Below are positions 18,687 to 29,200 of a stretch of DNA of 64,000 nt, piece after piece; the stretch's first letter is position 1, and every line of letters starts with the position of its first letter. The stretch lies in the IMG/VR virus record IMGVR_UViG_3300025598_000030, positions 1 through 64,000 of that record; one strand, written 5' to 3'. Under the pieces are notes generated by a model that worked only from the letters and a program-made list of their open reading frames with translations, did no database searches and was not told where the DNA came from. The translations under genes were made by a program, and so were the position numbers. The DNA comes from a virus.

Positions 18687-19171
18687 TAATTGGGTTAGTA
18701 GCAGTAGAAAAAGGTCATGGCATTGGATTCCAAGGTCAAATGCCATGGCCGAAATTAGAAAATGATTTATCATGGTTTAAAGAAAAAACACTTAATCAAA
18801 TTGTCATAATGGGTTCGACAACTTGGAAAAGTATCGGCAAATTTTTACCTGATAGAATAAATGTAGTAATTAGTTCTAAGTTACATACAGCAGCAAACTT
18901 TACTTTTACAGATCCTGTATCCGCTATTGAAGAATTAAAAGAAAGATTTCACAATAAAGATATATGTATTATTGGCGGCCAAAAAATATACGATAGTGTT
19001 AAAAATCTAGTGGAATGTTGGTACATTACCGAAATCGATTCTTCATATGTATGTGATACTTTTTTTGATTTAAAATTTGTACAAGACAATTACAAAGAAA
19101 TAACAGAATTAGATAAATTTGACAAAACGATTAATACCCCGGCTTATATAATTAAAGAATATAAAAAATGA
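18683..19171 (+). CDS. folA: Dihydrofolate reductase
   Basis: IGFQGQMPW...DLSWFK..T, VIMGSTTW, LPDRINVVIS, IIGG, CDTFF. Confidence 0.93.
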   Translation: MIIGLVAVEKGHGIGFQGQMPWPKLENDLSWFKEKTLNQIVIMGSTTWKSIGKFLPDRINVVISSKLHTAANFTFTDPVSAIEELKERFHNKDICIIGGQKIYDSVKNLVECWYITEIDSSYVCDTFFDLKFVQDNYKEITELDKFDKTINTPAYIIKEYKK

Positions 19172-20040
19172 AACAATATTTAGACTTACTTAAAGATGTT
19201 CTCGAAAATGGAGAAACTCGCCCAGATCGCACAGGAGTAGGTACTTTAAGCAAATTCGGAGCACAATTGAGATTTAATCTATCCGAAGGGTTTCCGGCGG
19301 TAACAACAAAGAAATTAGCATGGCGAGCTGTAGTTAGCGAACTACTTTGGTTCATAGAAGGAAGCGGAGACGAATTTCGACTTCGTGAAATACTTCATGG
19401 AAATAGATATTCTAACGAAAAAACTATTTGGACTGATAATGCTAATGCACCATATTGGGTTGGTAAAAATCTAAAAAGACATGCCGGAGATCTTGGTAGA
19501 GTCTATGGTGTACAGTGGCGTCGTTGGCGCAAGCCATTGGTGAGGATCAATAAAGTTGTTCTTCAAAATCATGATCAATTATTAGATCTTATTAACGGCA
19601 TCAAAGATGATCCATATAGTCGTAGACATATTATTACTGCATGGAATCCCGGTGAATTGGAGCTCATGGCATTACCTCCCTGTCATACTATGAGTCAATT
19701 CTATGTTAATAATGGAAAATTAAGTTGTCATATGTATCAACGATCAGCAGATTTATTTTTAGGAGTTCCTTTTAATATTGCTAGCTATGCGTTGTTTACA
19801 CATATGATTGCACAAGTTTGTAAATTAGAAGTAGGCGATTTAATTATATCATTCGGCGATGCTCATATCTATGAAAATCATATCGAACAAGTAAAGGAAC
19901 AATTAAAGAGAACCCCTCTACCTTTGCCGAAATTAGAACTTAATCCGGAAATCGATGTTATTACTGATTTTGATATGAACGATATTTCTTTAATCGATTA
20001 CCAATGTCATTCCACAATCAAAGCACCAATGTCTGTTTAA
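19168..20040 (+). CDS. thyA: Thymidylate synthase
   Basis: DRTGVGT, ELLWF, DLGRVYG.QWR, MALPPCH, YQRSADLFLGVPFN, DAHIYENH. Confidence 0.97.
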   Translation: MKQYLDLLKDVLENGETRPDRTGVGTLSKFGAQLRFNLSEGFPAVTTKKLAWRAVVSELLWFIEGSGDEFRLREILHGNRYSNEKTIWTDNANAPYWVGKNLKRHAGDLGRVYGVQWRRWRKPLVRINKVVLQNHDQLLDLINGIKDDPYSRRHIITAWNPGELELMALPPCHTMSQFYVNNGKLSCHMYQRSADLFLGVPFNIASYALFTHMIAQVCKLEVGDLIISFGDAHIYENHIEQVKEQLKRTPLPLPKLELNPEIDVITDFDMNDISLIDYQCHSTIKAPMSV

Positions 20041-21371
20041 CGTCCGATAGCAAACCAGTTAATAAATAACCCAGTTGTAGCATTTCCGCTAGCCATATAT
20101 TGTAGATATACGCCGATTCCTGTTTTGGTCATTGAGTACACCTGCGCTGCTTGATCAGCGACATTATCTGCATAAGGCAACAATATAGTTGCCTGGGCAT
20201 TTAAGCATGCATTAGGGAATCCATTAGTTAACCCGCAACTTGCAAAATTTACATTTATACCACCTTCAGTGCCGGAATAAGGACCAGCTCTTCCCCAAGC
20301 CAAGGTCAATCCACCGGGTAATATCTGATAACCGTTTACTGTAAGACTTTGGTTCGTTCCTTGGAATGTCGAAGTAGTTAAACCTCCTAAAGCATTAGCA
20401 GACACAGTTATCGGAGCTGATCCATTATAAGTTGTTCCGTCAAAGAATGTGAGAGAATTTTGAACCGAACTAGCAGGTCCTACAAAACTATTTGCAGAAA
20501 TATTTCCTGAACTATCTCTAGCAACTACAGTATTCGGAGTAGAATTAGTTGTAGCATATTCAACAGTCGTTCCATTGACATATAAACTATTAGCACGAGT
20601 TGCTGTTCCATTTATTAAATTAACTGATACATTACCACTAGAATCTCTAGCAACTATGGTATTTGCAACAGAACTGGTAGTTGCAATACTATAAGATCCT
20701 GAATCATTTAGAACCGAATCAGCTTGTAAAGCATGAGCTGCAGTTCCATATAACATTGTTCCGGTTGTTAAAGATACTGCCGATCTTCCTAATGTATCAG
20801 CTCCCGATAATGTTATTCCTTGAGAAATAACATTGAATGATGCTTGATTAGGATCTGTTACATTAACAGTAAATCTACTATCAGCTGAATTAACGTATAC
20901 TGTAGAACTGTTAACTATAACCCTCGATACTAAATGAGATTTTCCAAGAGAATCTGCTATTGTTGAAAGCACCGCTCCATTCGATCCATACCCTGATGAT
21001 AGCGAAATAAAAGTTCCGTTCGATTTAATCGACACTTGATTATTCGCGGGATTTAACCAAAAGTCTCCAGTTTGTAAATTTCCTGGAGTACTAGTGGCTG
21101 TTGAAATTACCGATAATTGTTTAAAACTAGATCCATCATAAACTTTTAGATTAATATTTTTTGAATCAAACCAAAGTTGTCCCTGCAATGGAGCACTAGG
21201 TGCTGTATTATTTGAAAAATTTTCTAACAAATATAATAGATTATTATCAATAATACCGCCATACCCGGCATAATTTTTTCCTACAAAAGTCAATGAAGTA
21301 GACTGATCAATTGACCCGTCTGCAACAGTAACTAATGTATTTCCATTTGATTTTTTTAATATATACGGCAT
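20037..21371 (-). CDS. Tail fibre-like structural protein
   Basis: Shared N-terminal module with the three upstream genes; C-terminal NGYQILPGGLTLAWG...FPNAC...WFAIGR typical of fibre tips. Confidence 0.75.
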   Translation of the reverse strand: MPYILKKSNGNTLVTVADGSIDQSTSLTFVGKNYAGYGGIIDNNLLYLLENFSNNTAPSAPLQGQLWFDSKNINLKVYDGSSFKQLSVISTATSTPGNLQTGDFWLNPANNQVSIKSNGTFISLSSGYGSNGAVLSTIADSLGKSHLVSRVIVNSSTVYVNSADSRFTVNVTDPNQASFNVISQGITLSGADTLGRSAVSLTTGTMLYGTAAHALQADSVLNDSGSYSIATTSSVANTIVARDSSGNVSVNLINGTATRANSLYVNGTTVEYATTNSTPNTVVARDSSGNISANSFVGPASSVQNSLTFFDGTTYNGSAPITVSANALGGLTTSTFQGTNQSLTVNGYQILPGGLTLAWGRAGPYSGTEGGINVNFASCGLTNGFPNACLNAQATILLPYADNVADQAAQVYSMTKTGIGVYLQYMASGNATTGLFINWFAIGR

Positions 21372-21397
21372 TATTTTATTCCAAATTTATTTAATAA

Positions 21398-22981
21398 TTA
21401 TGAGTAATAACCTATTATTCTAATAGCTACTGCTTCCATACCGCCACCATTTTGGGGTCTTGCAGGTATAGAATAATCAAAGCTTCCTGCAGGATGAGTG
21501 GTTAATCCCACTGTCTCAGCAGTCTGTCTAACCGGTACAGTAACTTGTACCATACCTATATTTTGATTCCAATACTTATAATCACCATTTACTGATCTAG
21601 CTAATAAGAAAGTATCCGACCAAGGCCATGTACTATTATTCCCAACAGTGGTTGAATTTCTACCTAAAACTACTGCGATATTATAATTACTCGGCCACAC
21701 ACCATCACCTAAATAGTGTGCAAGATAATGGATTTCTAAAATTAAAGATTTAACATTAGCTGGAATTCCGCCCACTCCGGCAGCGGTATAAGTAGTCCAC
21801 CCTACATTTAATACAGGAGTATTAGGATCTACACCACCACTGCTATTTAAAAATGCAGAACCATTGCCAGTCATATCGTATACAGTTATTGGAGTTATAA
21901 ATCCATATGTTGGTTCTATTGCATTTATTTGTGATATTAATGCTGCTTTTGTGCTATCTACATAAGATTTAACTGCTTGTTGAGTCGGCAAACGATTATT
22001 AGCATTAGCGGTCAATGATCCATCAGAATCAAACAATCCGACAGTAGTAGATGCCGAGTCAGTTAATGTCGTAAAACTTACATTCCCTGCAGACAAACTA
22101 GACCCTACAAAATTTTGAGAATAAACATTACTCCATCTCAATCCCGATGTTCCTAAGTTAACCGAATTGGTAGTAGATGGATTTAAGCTGGTATCTAAGG
22201 ACCAAGCTCCGCTAATTAATCCAGAAGTGCTGCTTAATAAATTTGCACTTATTCCTGTTACCGCAATATTTCCGCTAGAATCTCTTTCTACAATAGTACT
22301 CGGAGTTGCAGATATAGCAGCCGAAACTTCTCCGCCACCGTCACCTAATAATTGATTAGCAAGTAATGCAGCTTGAGAATAACCAATCAATACAGTATCA
22401 TTTGTTGAACCATAATTTTTAAGATTAATACCCTTCTGTATTGAAGTATACCCAGTAACCGGAGAACCTGTATTAATAGTGAATGATGAATTACTAACAA
22501 TTGCTACCATTTCCCCATTAACGAACCATTCTATAACCGGATGAGCAGTATTAGATTGATCTAAAATAGTAGTCGATACTGATCTAGTAGTACCATAACC
22601 CGGGATTCCGTCAGGACCGATAATACTAAATCCTGTTCCATTGTTAATAGAAAGTTGATTATTAACAGTATCATAATATAAATTACCAGTAGAACTAGCA
22701 TATGCTTGGTTAGTTGATAAAACCGCCAATGGTTGCCAGACAGAATTATAAACTTTTAAAAGATTATTTGTTTTATCAAACCAAAGTTGGCCGGTTAATT
22801 GATTAACAGGAGCAGTTGTATTTGCAAAATTCTCTAATAGATAAACATAATTTTCATTCTGTAATTGACCAAAATTATATAAATTTTTACCCGGCAACGA
22901 TAATGTGGTAGTTATATCATAACTCCCATCCGCAATAGTTGTTAATATCGTTCCATCACTTTTTCTTATAGTATACGGCAT
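21398..22981 (-). CDS. Tail fibre/baseplate-associated structural protein
   Basis: MPYTIRKSDG...GKN...LLENF...GQLWFD module; S/T/N/G-rich. Confidence 0.7.
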   Translation of the reverse strand: MPYTIRKSDGTILTTIADGSYDITTTLSLPGKNLYNFGQLQNENYVYLLENFANTTAPVNQLTGQLWFDKTNNLLKVYNSVWQPLAVLSTNQAYASSTGNLYYDTVNNQLSINNGTGFSIIGPDGIPGYGTTRSVSTTILDQSNTAHPVIEWFVNGEMVAIVSNSSFTINTGSPVTGYTSIQKGINLKNYGSTNDTVLIGYSQAALLANQLLGDGGGEVSAAISATPSTIVERDSSGNIAVTGISANLLSSTSGLISGAWSLDTSLNPSTTNSVNLGTSGLRWSNVYSQNFVGSSLSAGNVSFTTLTDSASTTVGLFDSDGSLTANANNRLPTQQAVKSYVDSTKAALISQINAIEPTYGFITPITVYDMTGNGSAFLNSSGGVDPNTPVLNVGWTTYTAAGVGGIPANVKSLILEIHYLAHYLGDGVWPSNYNIAVVLGRNSTTVGNNSTWPWSDTFLLARSVNGDYKYWNQNIGMVQVTVPVRQTAETVGLTTHPAGSFDYSIPARPQNGGGMEAVAIRIIGYYS

Positions 22982-22991
22982 CATTCATTCC

Positions 22992-24899
22992 TTAAGGTAA
23001 CGTAATCGAGCCCTGATATGTCCAAACTCCGTTGACTACTTCAAATAACATAGCAGTGTATACCGTTGTATAAACAGCATTAGTTGGTTGTGTTACAACA
23101 CCTACATTGGTTACAACCTGTTGAGCATTTTGAACGCCACCTGCATCAACAAATGCATAATTTTCGGTTACATTAGTATTCAATTGAGGGATACCTACTG
23201 TAGATGCAGAACATAATACACGCATCACAGTGCCGTTAATTAAATCATATGTCGGATCAGCATTGACCGGTGGCGCTAAGACCGTAAGCCAACTAGCAAT
23301 TGTTGTGGTAGGATTTGTCATATTAGTAATATCAACACTAAAAATAAACCCTTTTGTACCGACAAGATATAATTTATTATCTACATATTGTTTATTAGCT
23401 GCATCTGTAGGATCAGTACATGTATTAACATTAGTAACCTTTGAACTATTAACATTAACTACTCCACCGCCGGCAGGTTTTAAATTCATATCAACCGACG
23501 TACCGACACCAGGAGCTACCATCGATATAGTACCGGTAGTAATACTTACATTAGTGACCGTTAAGTAATTTAAAGTCCCTAATTGATTAATTCCGATTGC
23601 AGAAGTTATTGAAGACCCTAATGTTGATGACGTTAGAACTGTAGTTCCATTAATTTGATAAGAATTATAGTTATTAACAAGGTTAAAATTATCGTCCACT
23701 TGCCATGAACTTAAAGAATTACTCCAATTTAGATTATGGGTTCTAGTACCCATTAATGTAATTCCGCCACCATCAGCTAATGAATCACTAGGTGAAGCAC
23801 TATATGCTAATTGAATATTTTTGTCTGTAATCTGTAAATTATTTGTTTGTAATGTAACCGTTGTTCCGGCTATAGTTGTATTACCTTTAATAGATACAGG
23901 ACCGGTAACTGACAATGTTCCGGTCATAGTTAAATCAGAGTTTACATTTACTATACTGGTACCGGTCGATGCTCCTGGGAAAAATGTTAATGAAGGTTTT
24001 CCGAATGTCGTATCATCGCCGTTTAATCGAATCGCTGTAAAATATCCCGGAGTTAAACTACTATTTGCTCTGATATCAAATAATTTATTCAACTCATTAC
24101 TATTCAAGTAATTAGCGGTACTACTTGAAACAATCGAAACACTACTATTTGTACCTACATATAATCCAGCATTATTTAAAATATTTAATCGTTGTGTTGT
24201 GTATTGAGTTGCAGTAGCATTAATTTGTAAATAATTCGCTGTTAAAAAGTTTGTAATTGTTGTTACAGCATCGGCATTTGTTGCATCTCCGACAAATTTA
24301 AGTCCAGGAACAGAAGGATTTAAATTTATTCCCGGCGATACTGAAGTCATTCCATGAAACGTCGATGCAAATGTAAACGATGCAGTAGTTGCCATCGCAA
24401 TTAATACACCGTTATTATATAAACTAGCAACTGTATTTGTATTATTACTCGAATCTGTGATTACATCATTAACCCAAACATTTGTTGTCGAAGTGGTGGC
24501 ATTATTTTGAGGTCCAGCTAATATCCAATTTCTGCCATCTTCTGTAAAATATAAAGTATGATTTGTGGTATTAATCCAAAGATCTCCCGCATTAGCTAAT
24601 GTAGGAGTAGTAGGATATAATTGTGCACTTGAAACTGATTTAAATACATTATCTAAGGTATAGACATATAATTTTCCATCGACTCTATTATACCAAAGCT
24701 GACCCACTAGCGGGGATCTCGGTTGAATCCCATCAGTTGCAAAATTTTCTAATAACTGAACAAGGTTGTCATTATAATATTGTCCATAGGCATTTACATT
24801 TTTACCTATTAATGCTAAACTAGTAGCTAACTGATCAACTGTGCCGTCAGCCAATGTAAGCAATACTGTACCATCTGAATTTTTTATTGTATATGCCAT
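22992..24899 (-). CDS. Tail fibre/baseplate-associated structural protein
   Basis: Same N-terminal module; DAANKQYVD fibre motif. Confidence 0.7.
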   Translation of the reverse strand: MAYTIKNSDGTVLLTLADGTVDQLATSLALIGKNVNAYGQYYNDNLVQLLENFATDGIQPRSPLVGQLWYNRVDGKLYVYTLDNVFKSVSSAQLYPTTPTLANAGDLWINTTNHTLYFTEDGRNWILAGPQNNATTSTTNVWVNDVITDSSNNTNTVASLYNNGVLIAMATTASFTFASTFHGMTSVSPGINLNPSVPGLKFVGDATNADAVTTITNFLTANYLQINATATQYTTQRLNILNNAGLYVGTNSSVSIVSSSTANYLNSNELNKLFDIRANSSLTPGYFTAIRLNGDDTTFGKPSLTFFPGASTGTSIVNVNSDLTMTGTLSVTGPVSIKGNTTIAGTTVTLQTNNLQITDKNIQLAYSASPSDSLADGGGITLMGTRTHNLNWSNSLSSWQVDDNFNLVNNYNSYQINGTTVLTSSTLGSSITSAIGINQLGTLNYLTVTNVSITTGTISMVAPGVGTSVDMNLKPAGGGVVNVNSSKVTNVNTCTDPTDAANKQYVDNKLYLVGTKGFIFSVDITNMTNPTTTIASWLTVLAPPVNADPTYDLINGTVMRVLCSASTVGIPQLNTNVTENYAFVDAGGVQNAQQVVTNVGVVTQPTNAVYTTVYTAMLFEVVNGVWTYQGSITLP

Positions 24900-24903
24900 A
24901 TTC

Positions 24904-25545
24904 TTAAGTCTTTATAATATATGCAGTCGAAGTAGACTGATAAGTTAATGATCCATTACTTACAGGTAACCCTGCAATCTGAGGAACATTGAAATAATCT
25001 ATTGCCGAACTTCCGTAATTAATGCCGATAACCGCATATAAATCCGGATAGTTGTATCTATAATAAGATGAACCATCACAAAGAAGCCATCCAGTAGGTG
25101 CAGGAACACTCGAAGATGGCCATATTATAATCATCCCTGTCTGCGGTGTCGAAACATCCGATAGAAAATCTGTTTTAGATATGCTTAATGCATTGCCATT
25201 ATCAGAGATAGCTAGTAATGCATCTCCGGATGCTGCTGTTTCTGTAGGTAATGACGATATCGTATTAGAGTTAAATGAATTAACTGCATTCCAATTTAAT
25301 CCATCAAATACAGATAAAGTCGATGTAGCATTATTAAACCATAACTGTCCTGCTGTCGGATTGGCTGGAGAAGTGGAATTTGAAAAATTTTCTACTAAAT
25401 GAAGGAAATTTGTAGCAAATGCTTGTCCATAATTAGGATAATTCTTTCCGATTAAGGTTAAACTAGTATCAGTAATATTAACACTATTATCTGGAATAGT
25501 AACTAATGGTTGTGTAGGATCTGATTTAGATATTACGTATGGCAT
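24904..25545 (-). CDS. Short structural protein with tail-collar domain
   Basis: Same N-terminal module; GMIIIW...PTGWLLCDG...YPDLYAVIG.NYG...FNVP collar signature. Confidence 0.8.
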   Translation of the reverse strand: MPYVISKSDPTQPLVTIPDNSVNITDTSLTLIGKNYPNYGQAFATNFLHLVENFSNSTSPANPTAGQLWFNNATSTLSVFDGLNWNAVNSFNSNTISSLPTETAASGDALLAISDNGNALSISKTDFLSDVSTPQTGMIIIWPSSSVPAPTGWLLCDGSSYYRYNYPDLYAVIGINYGSSAIDYFNVPQIAGLPVSNGSLTYQSTSTAYIIKT

Positions 25546-25547
25546 AA

Positions 25548-26192
25548 TTAACTTCCATTAGTTAGACTTTGTATTCTAACAGTATAATCAACTTGAATTA
25601 ATCTATTTAGAGCTTTCTGAACCGGATGGAAAATGACATGTGTTAACAATGGACCAGAATTCTGACCAGTCGGGTCATAACCTCTGAGGCCCAATTCATC
25701 AAAAACAAATGTAGTATTAGATGATACACTGGCATCAAATGCTGGTTGCCCTGATGGCTCACCAAAATCTAATAAACAACTAACTAAAACATCAGAATAA
25801 TATGTTCCGGGAACATGTCTGACTTCCATAAAATTTCTAGATGGGTCAACATCATACGGGTTATTTGCATCAACTACTTTATAATAAGTTTGATTATATA
25901 ACGCAGCATCTGATCCTACTACATTCGGAGTAAGATAGGTAATAATTCCGGTAGGATCTATTCTACTTCCGCCATTTCCGAATGCCATTTCACTGATAAA
26001 ATTCTGACCTAAATTTGCAACACTATTAGCTAATGCTATAGAAAAATTCTCGTAATGAATTGCGTTTCTTTTATCAACAAAAACTTCTTTTGTTTCTGGA
26101 TCAAAGATTTTAATGTGACCTTGAATTCTAAGAGATCCTGTTTCATTGGGATTTTTAGAACTTGGTTGATTTTTTATCATATTTTCTTCCAT
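25548..26192 (-). CDS. Virion structural protein (baseplate region)
   Basis: GHIKIFDP...KRNAIHYEN...FDELGL...HVIFHPVQK; start uncertain (26192 or 26180). Confidence 0.65.
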   Translation of the reverse strand: MEENMIKNQPSSKNPNETGSLRIQGHIKIFDPETKEVFVDKRNAIHYENFSIALANSVANLGQNFISEMAFGNGGSRIDPTGIITYLTPNVVGSDAALYNQTYYKVVDANNPYDVDPSRNFMEVRHVPGTYYSDVLVSCLLDFGEPSGQPAFDASVSSNTTFVFDELGLRGYDPTGQNSGPLLTHVIFHPVQKALNRLIQVDYTVRIQSLTNGS

Positions 26193-26202
26193 TTTTTCGT
26201 TT

Positions 26203-29200
26203 TTATATTTGTCCATAGTAATATTTATCCGGGATAGTTGCCGGCGCATCACGTAAAAATACTGCAAATAACCCATTATCAGTTAATATCGATGTATTTG
26301 TTGAAGCATACATGTTATTTGTAGCAACTTTTTGTAATACTGTAATATGTGTTCCGGTTATTAATCCAGTTAAATTTAAATTTAAAACAGCAGTCGCTGT
26401 TGTACCATAAGATGTTAAATTATTGATTACATAATCAGGCTGAATATAGTTTATACCAGTATACATAAATCCGTTGATTGAATTTATATTATTTGAATTT
26501 AAGTAAACCCATACTTGGTTAGTTGTTGTAACTAAGTAAGAATCATATAAATTAACCGAAGTTGAGAACGTAGCGGTACTAGCAGTCGATGTTGATCCGA
26601 TTATATTAAACGGATATGGATCATAACCTACTGAAATATCTTGTTTATAATAAGATAACTTATTCAACAAGTTTCCGGCATAAAGAACAGTAAACTGATC
26701 ATTTAATGTACTTGTAGTTAACGAAATTCCATTAATTAGATACGAAGCAGTATTAGTAACTGTAAGAATTTGTTTAATTGTTGTTTCTTTATAAGGAGCA
26801 TTTTGAGATATTCCTTGATCTATTACTGATGTCCCTGCAGGATATACCGAATTTGCACCGGTTCCTAACGAACTTCTTCTTAAATTACTCAATACATTAT
26901 TATTAACAGTCAAATATTCGATCCATTCGCCGTTTATTAATATGGCTCCTGGAATTTTTCTAACTAAATCTGGCTCAGTTAATACATCCGCATCTTCTAC
27001 TACAATAGTAGTTGACGTAGAATATAATGGTTCAGCTAATTGAGTGGTATTCCCTCTACTTAATCTCTTGAATTGCGAACGTCCTAAAATATCAGTAAAG
27101 ACTCTATATCCTACTGAACCTTTATTTAAATAAGCATTGGTCATACTAAGTACAGAAATAGTTTGTCCTTGAGTGTAAGGATACGTATCTCTAATAGATA
27201 AAATCTGTCCTGTACTATCTAATGAAAAATCTAGACCGTTAACTAGAGCATTATTTTCAATTGTTACCCAAATATACTGGTCACTCAATGCAGGTCTACT
27301 TAATGTATAACGGTTTGATGGTCTAGAAATAAATGTGTCAGTTCTAATCAGACTATTATCTCCGTCAGTAAATGATATCACCTTTAATACATTTCCTACA
27401 CCGTAATTTGCACTAGGTTTAATATAAATGTATCCGTTATTAAAGTAATAATCACTAAATGTATGGTTCGTTATGGCCATTGCATCGCCTGTTTGTAAGA
27501 AACCATTATAGAAAACCACAGTATTATTCGGTTGATCCACATAGAAATCTATACCGTTTCGTATTTTGATGCCGTTTACGTAGATTTCTACTTCACTCGA
27601 ATCAAATGTTCCTGATGGATATGTATCGTTCGGATCGATCAAGAATACTGTTTGCCCACCCGCAACCGAATAATATACAGTTGTAGGTGAAATTAATCTC
27701 TTAGTGTCGATTTCAACGATAGCTTGTGCATTTGCTGGACCCAAATTACCGGGATATACAGTTAGCTGATAAGAACTTGTAATTCCATCTCCTACAAAAT
27801 ATTCTTCAGTAACATCGCTAAACTGATTGTGGGTTGAGGAGAATGACCATGTTTGCAATGTATAATCACCGATCGGTAATCCACTTACAATTAATCGACC
27901 TGAACTGATAGTGTATTGAGTCGGAGTAAGCTGTATACCATTTAATGTAGCATATATACTTCCAATTTCTTCAGCAAATCCGACATGTGCACTTATAGTT
28001 GTCACATTAGATTCTGTTACAAAATCATTAGTAATTAAATCAACACCTCCGATACCTACAATAGTTATTCCTACAGTTCCTGTGCTGGTCTGGGTATTAA
28101 TAATAATAGTATCATTGTCAAAGTTTAAATTATAATCATATCCGTATGATAATACTTCATTATTAAAGACAACCATTGCAGAATCTACATTAGGAGGCAT
28201 CATAGGTAGATTAAACACAGTAGTAGTTGAGGTTTGAATAATTTGATTAATGGAATGCGATACTAATGGGCTACCGGTATGCGTTCTTGTATATACCGAT
28301 ATACCTACACTTTCGTACATCTGTCCTTTTATCATTTCTTCCGGACTATTACTGATATACGGAGAAATGAATTGATCACCATCGACTATTATATCTTCTG
28401 GATTGATTCCGAATGCTGTCGTGTAGCCTAAATCACCACCGTCTAATATAGTATCTAATACTCCCGGAGTAAGGTTATAATCCCAGAATTCTAAAAGAGT
28501 TGTTCCAGGAGTAATTGTTTCAATAATAGGAGTATCGAATATTACCGCTGAATATACAGCATAGTTAATATACTGTAATGTGATCGGAAATGCTGTCGAA
28601 TTAGACGGCCATGTTCCTGTTATAGTATAGACGCTAGTATTCGGAGCCGGGCCACTAATTCCACCAACTGCAGCAATCACTCCGCCGTTGAATATGATTT
28701 CATAATTACTTGGGTTGGCAGCAATTGCTGCTGCTTCATTTGAATTACTAATACTCACAGTTATTGCATTAGTATCTGCATTAGATTGATTATAACTATT
28801 AGTAGGAATATTTAAACTAAACCCGATAGTATAAGAATTTGTTACACTGGTTACTAATACTGTGCTACTTCCAAATTTATTATCATTAGCAGTTGCTGTG
28901 CTAAGAGCCACGGTATTCACACGTAATCCTGGTGATATTCCTTGAATAGTGTTTACAAACAAGGTGTTTGTTCCTGTAATTGCAGTAGCAACCACTGTTG
29001 CTGTTGTATAATAACTAGAATCGTCGCCATATAATGAATTACCGTATGGTGTCATGTCCCAATTAGTAGTGTAATCGAAGGTTAATCCCTGAATTTGAGG
29101 AATAGAAGGATCTATTCCACTCATTAATTGAGATACATCATTTCCCGGCATTCCTATAGTCGGGTCATAATAGTAATTAACTCTATCCACTGCGCTGAAT

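Noticed and set aside
19168-20040. ThyA as a pyrimidine hydroxymethylase for DNA modification
   Set aside because: Has the canonical dUMP-specifying PFN Asn and an adjacent DHFR, consistent with ordinary thymidylate synthase
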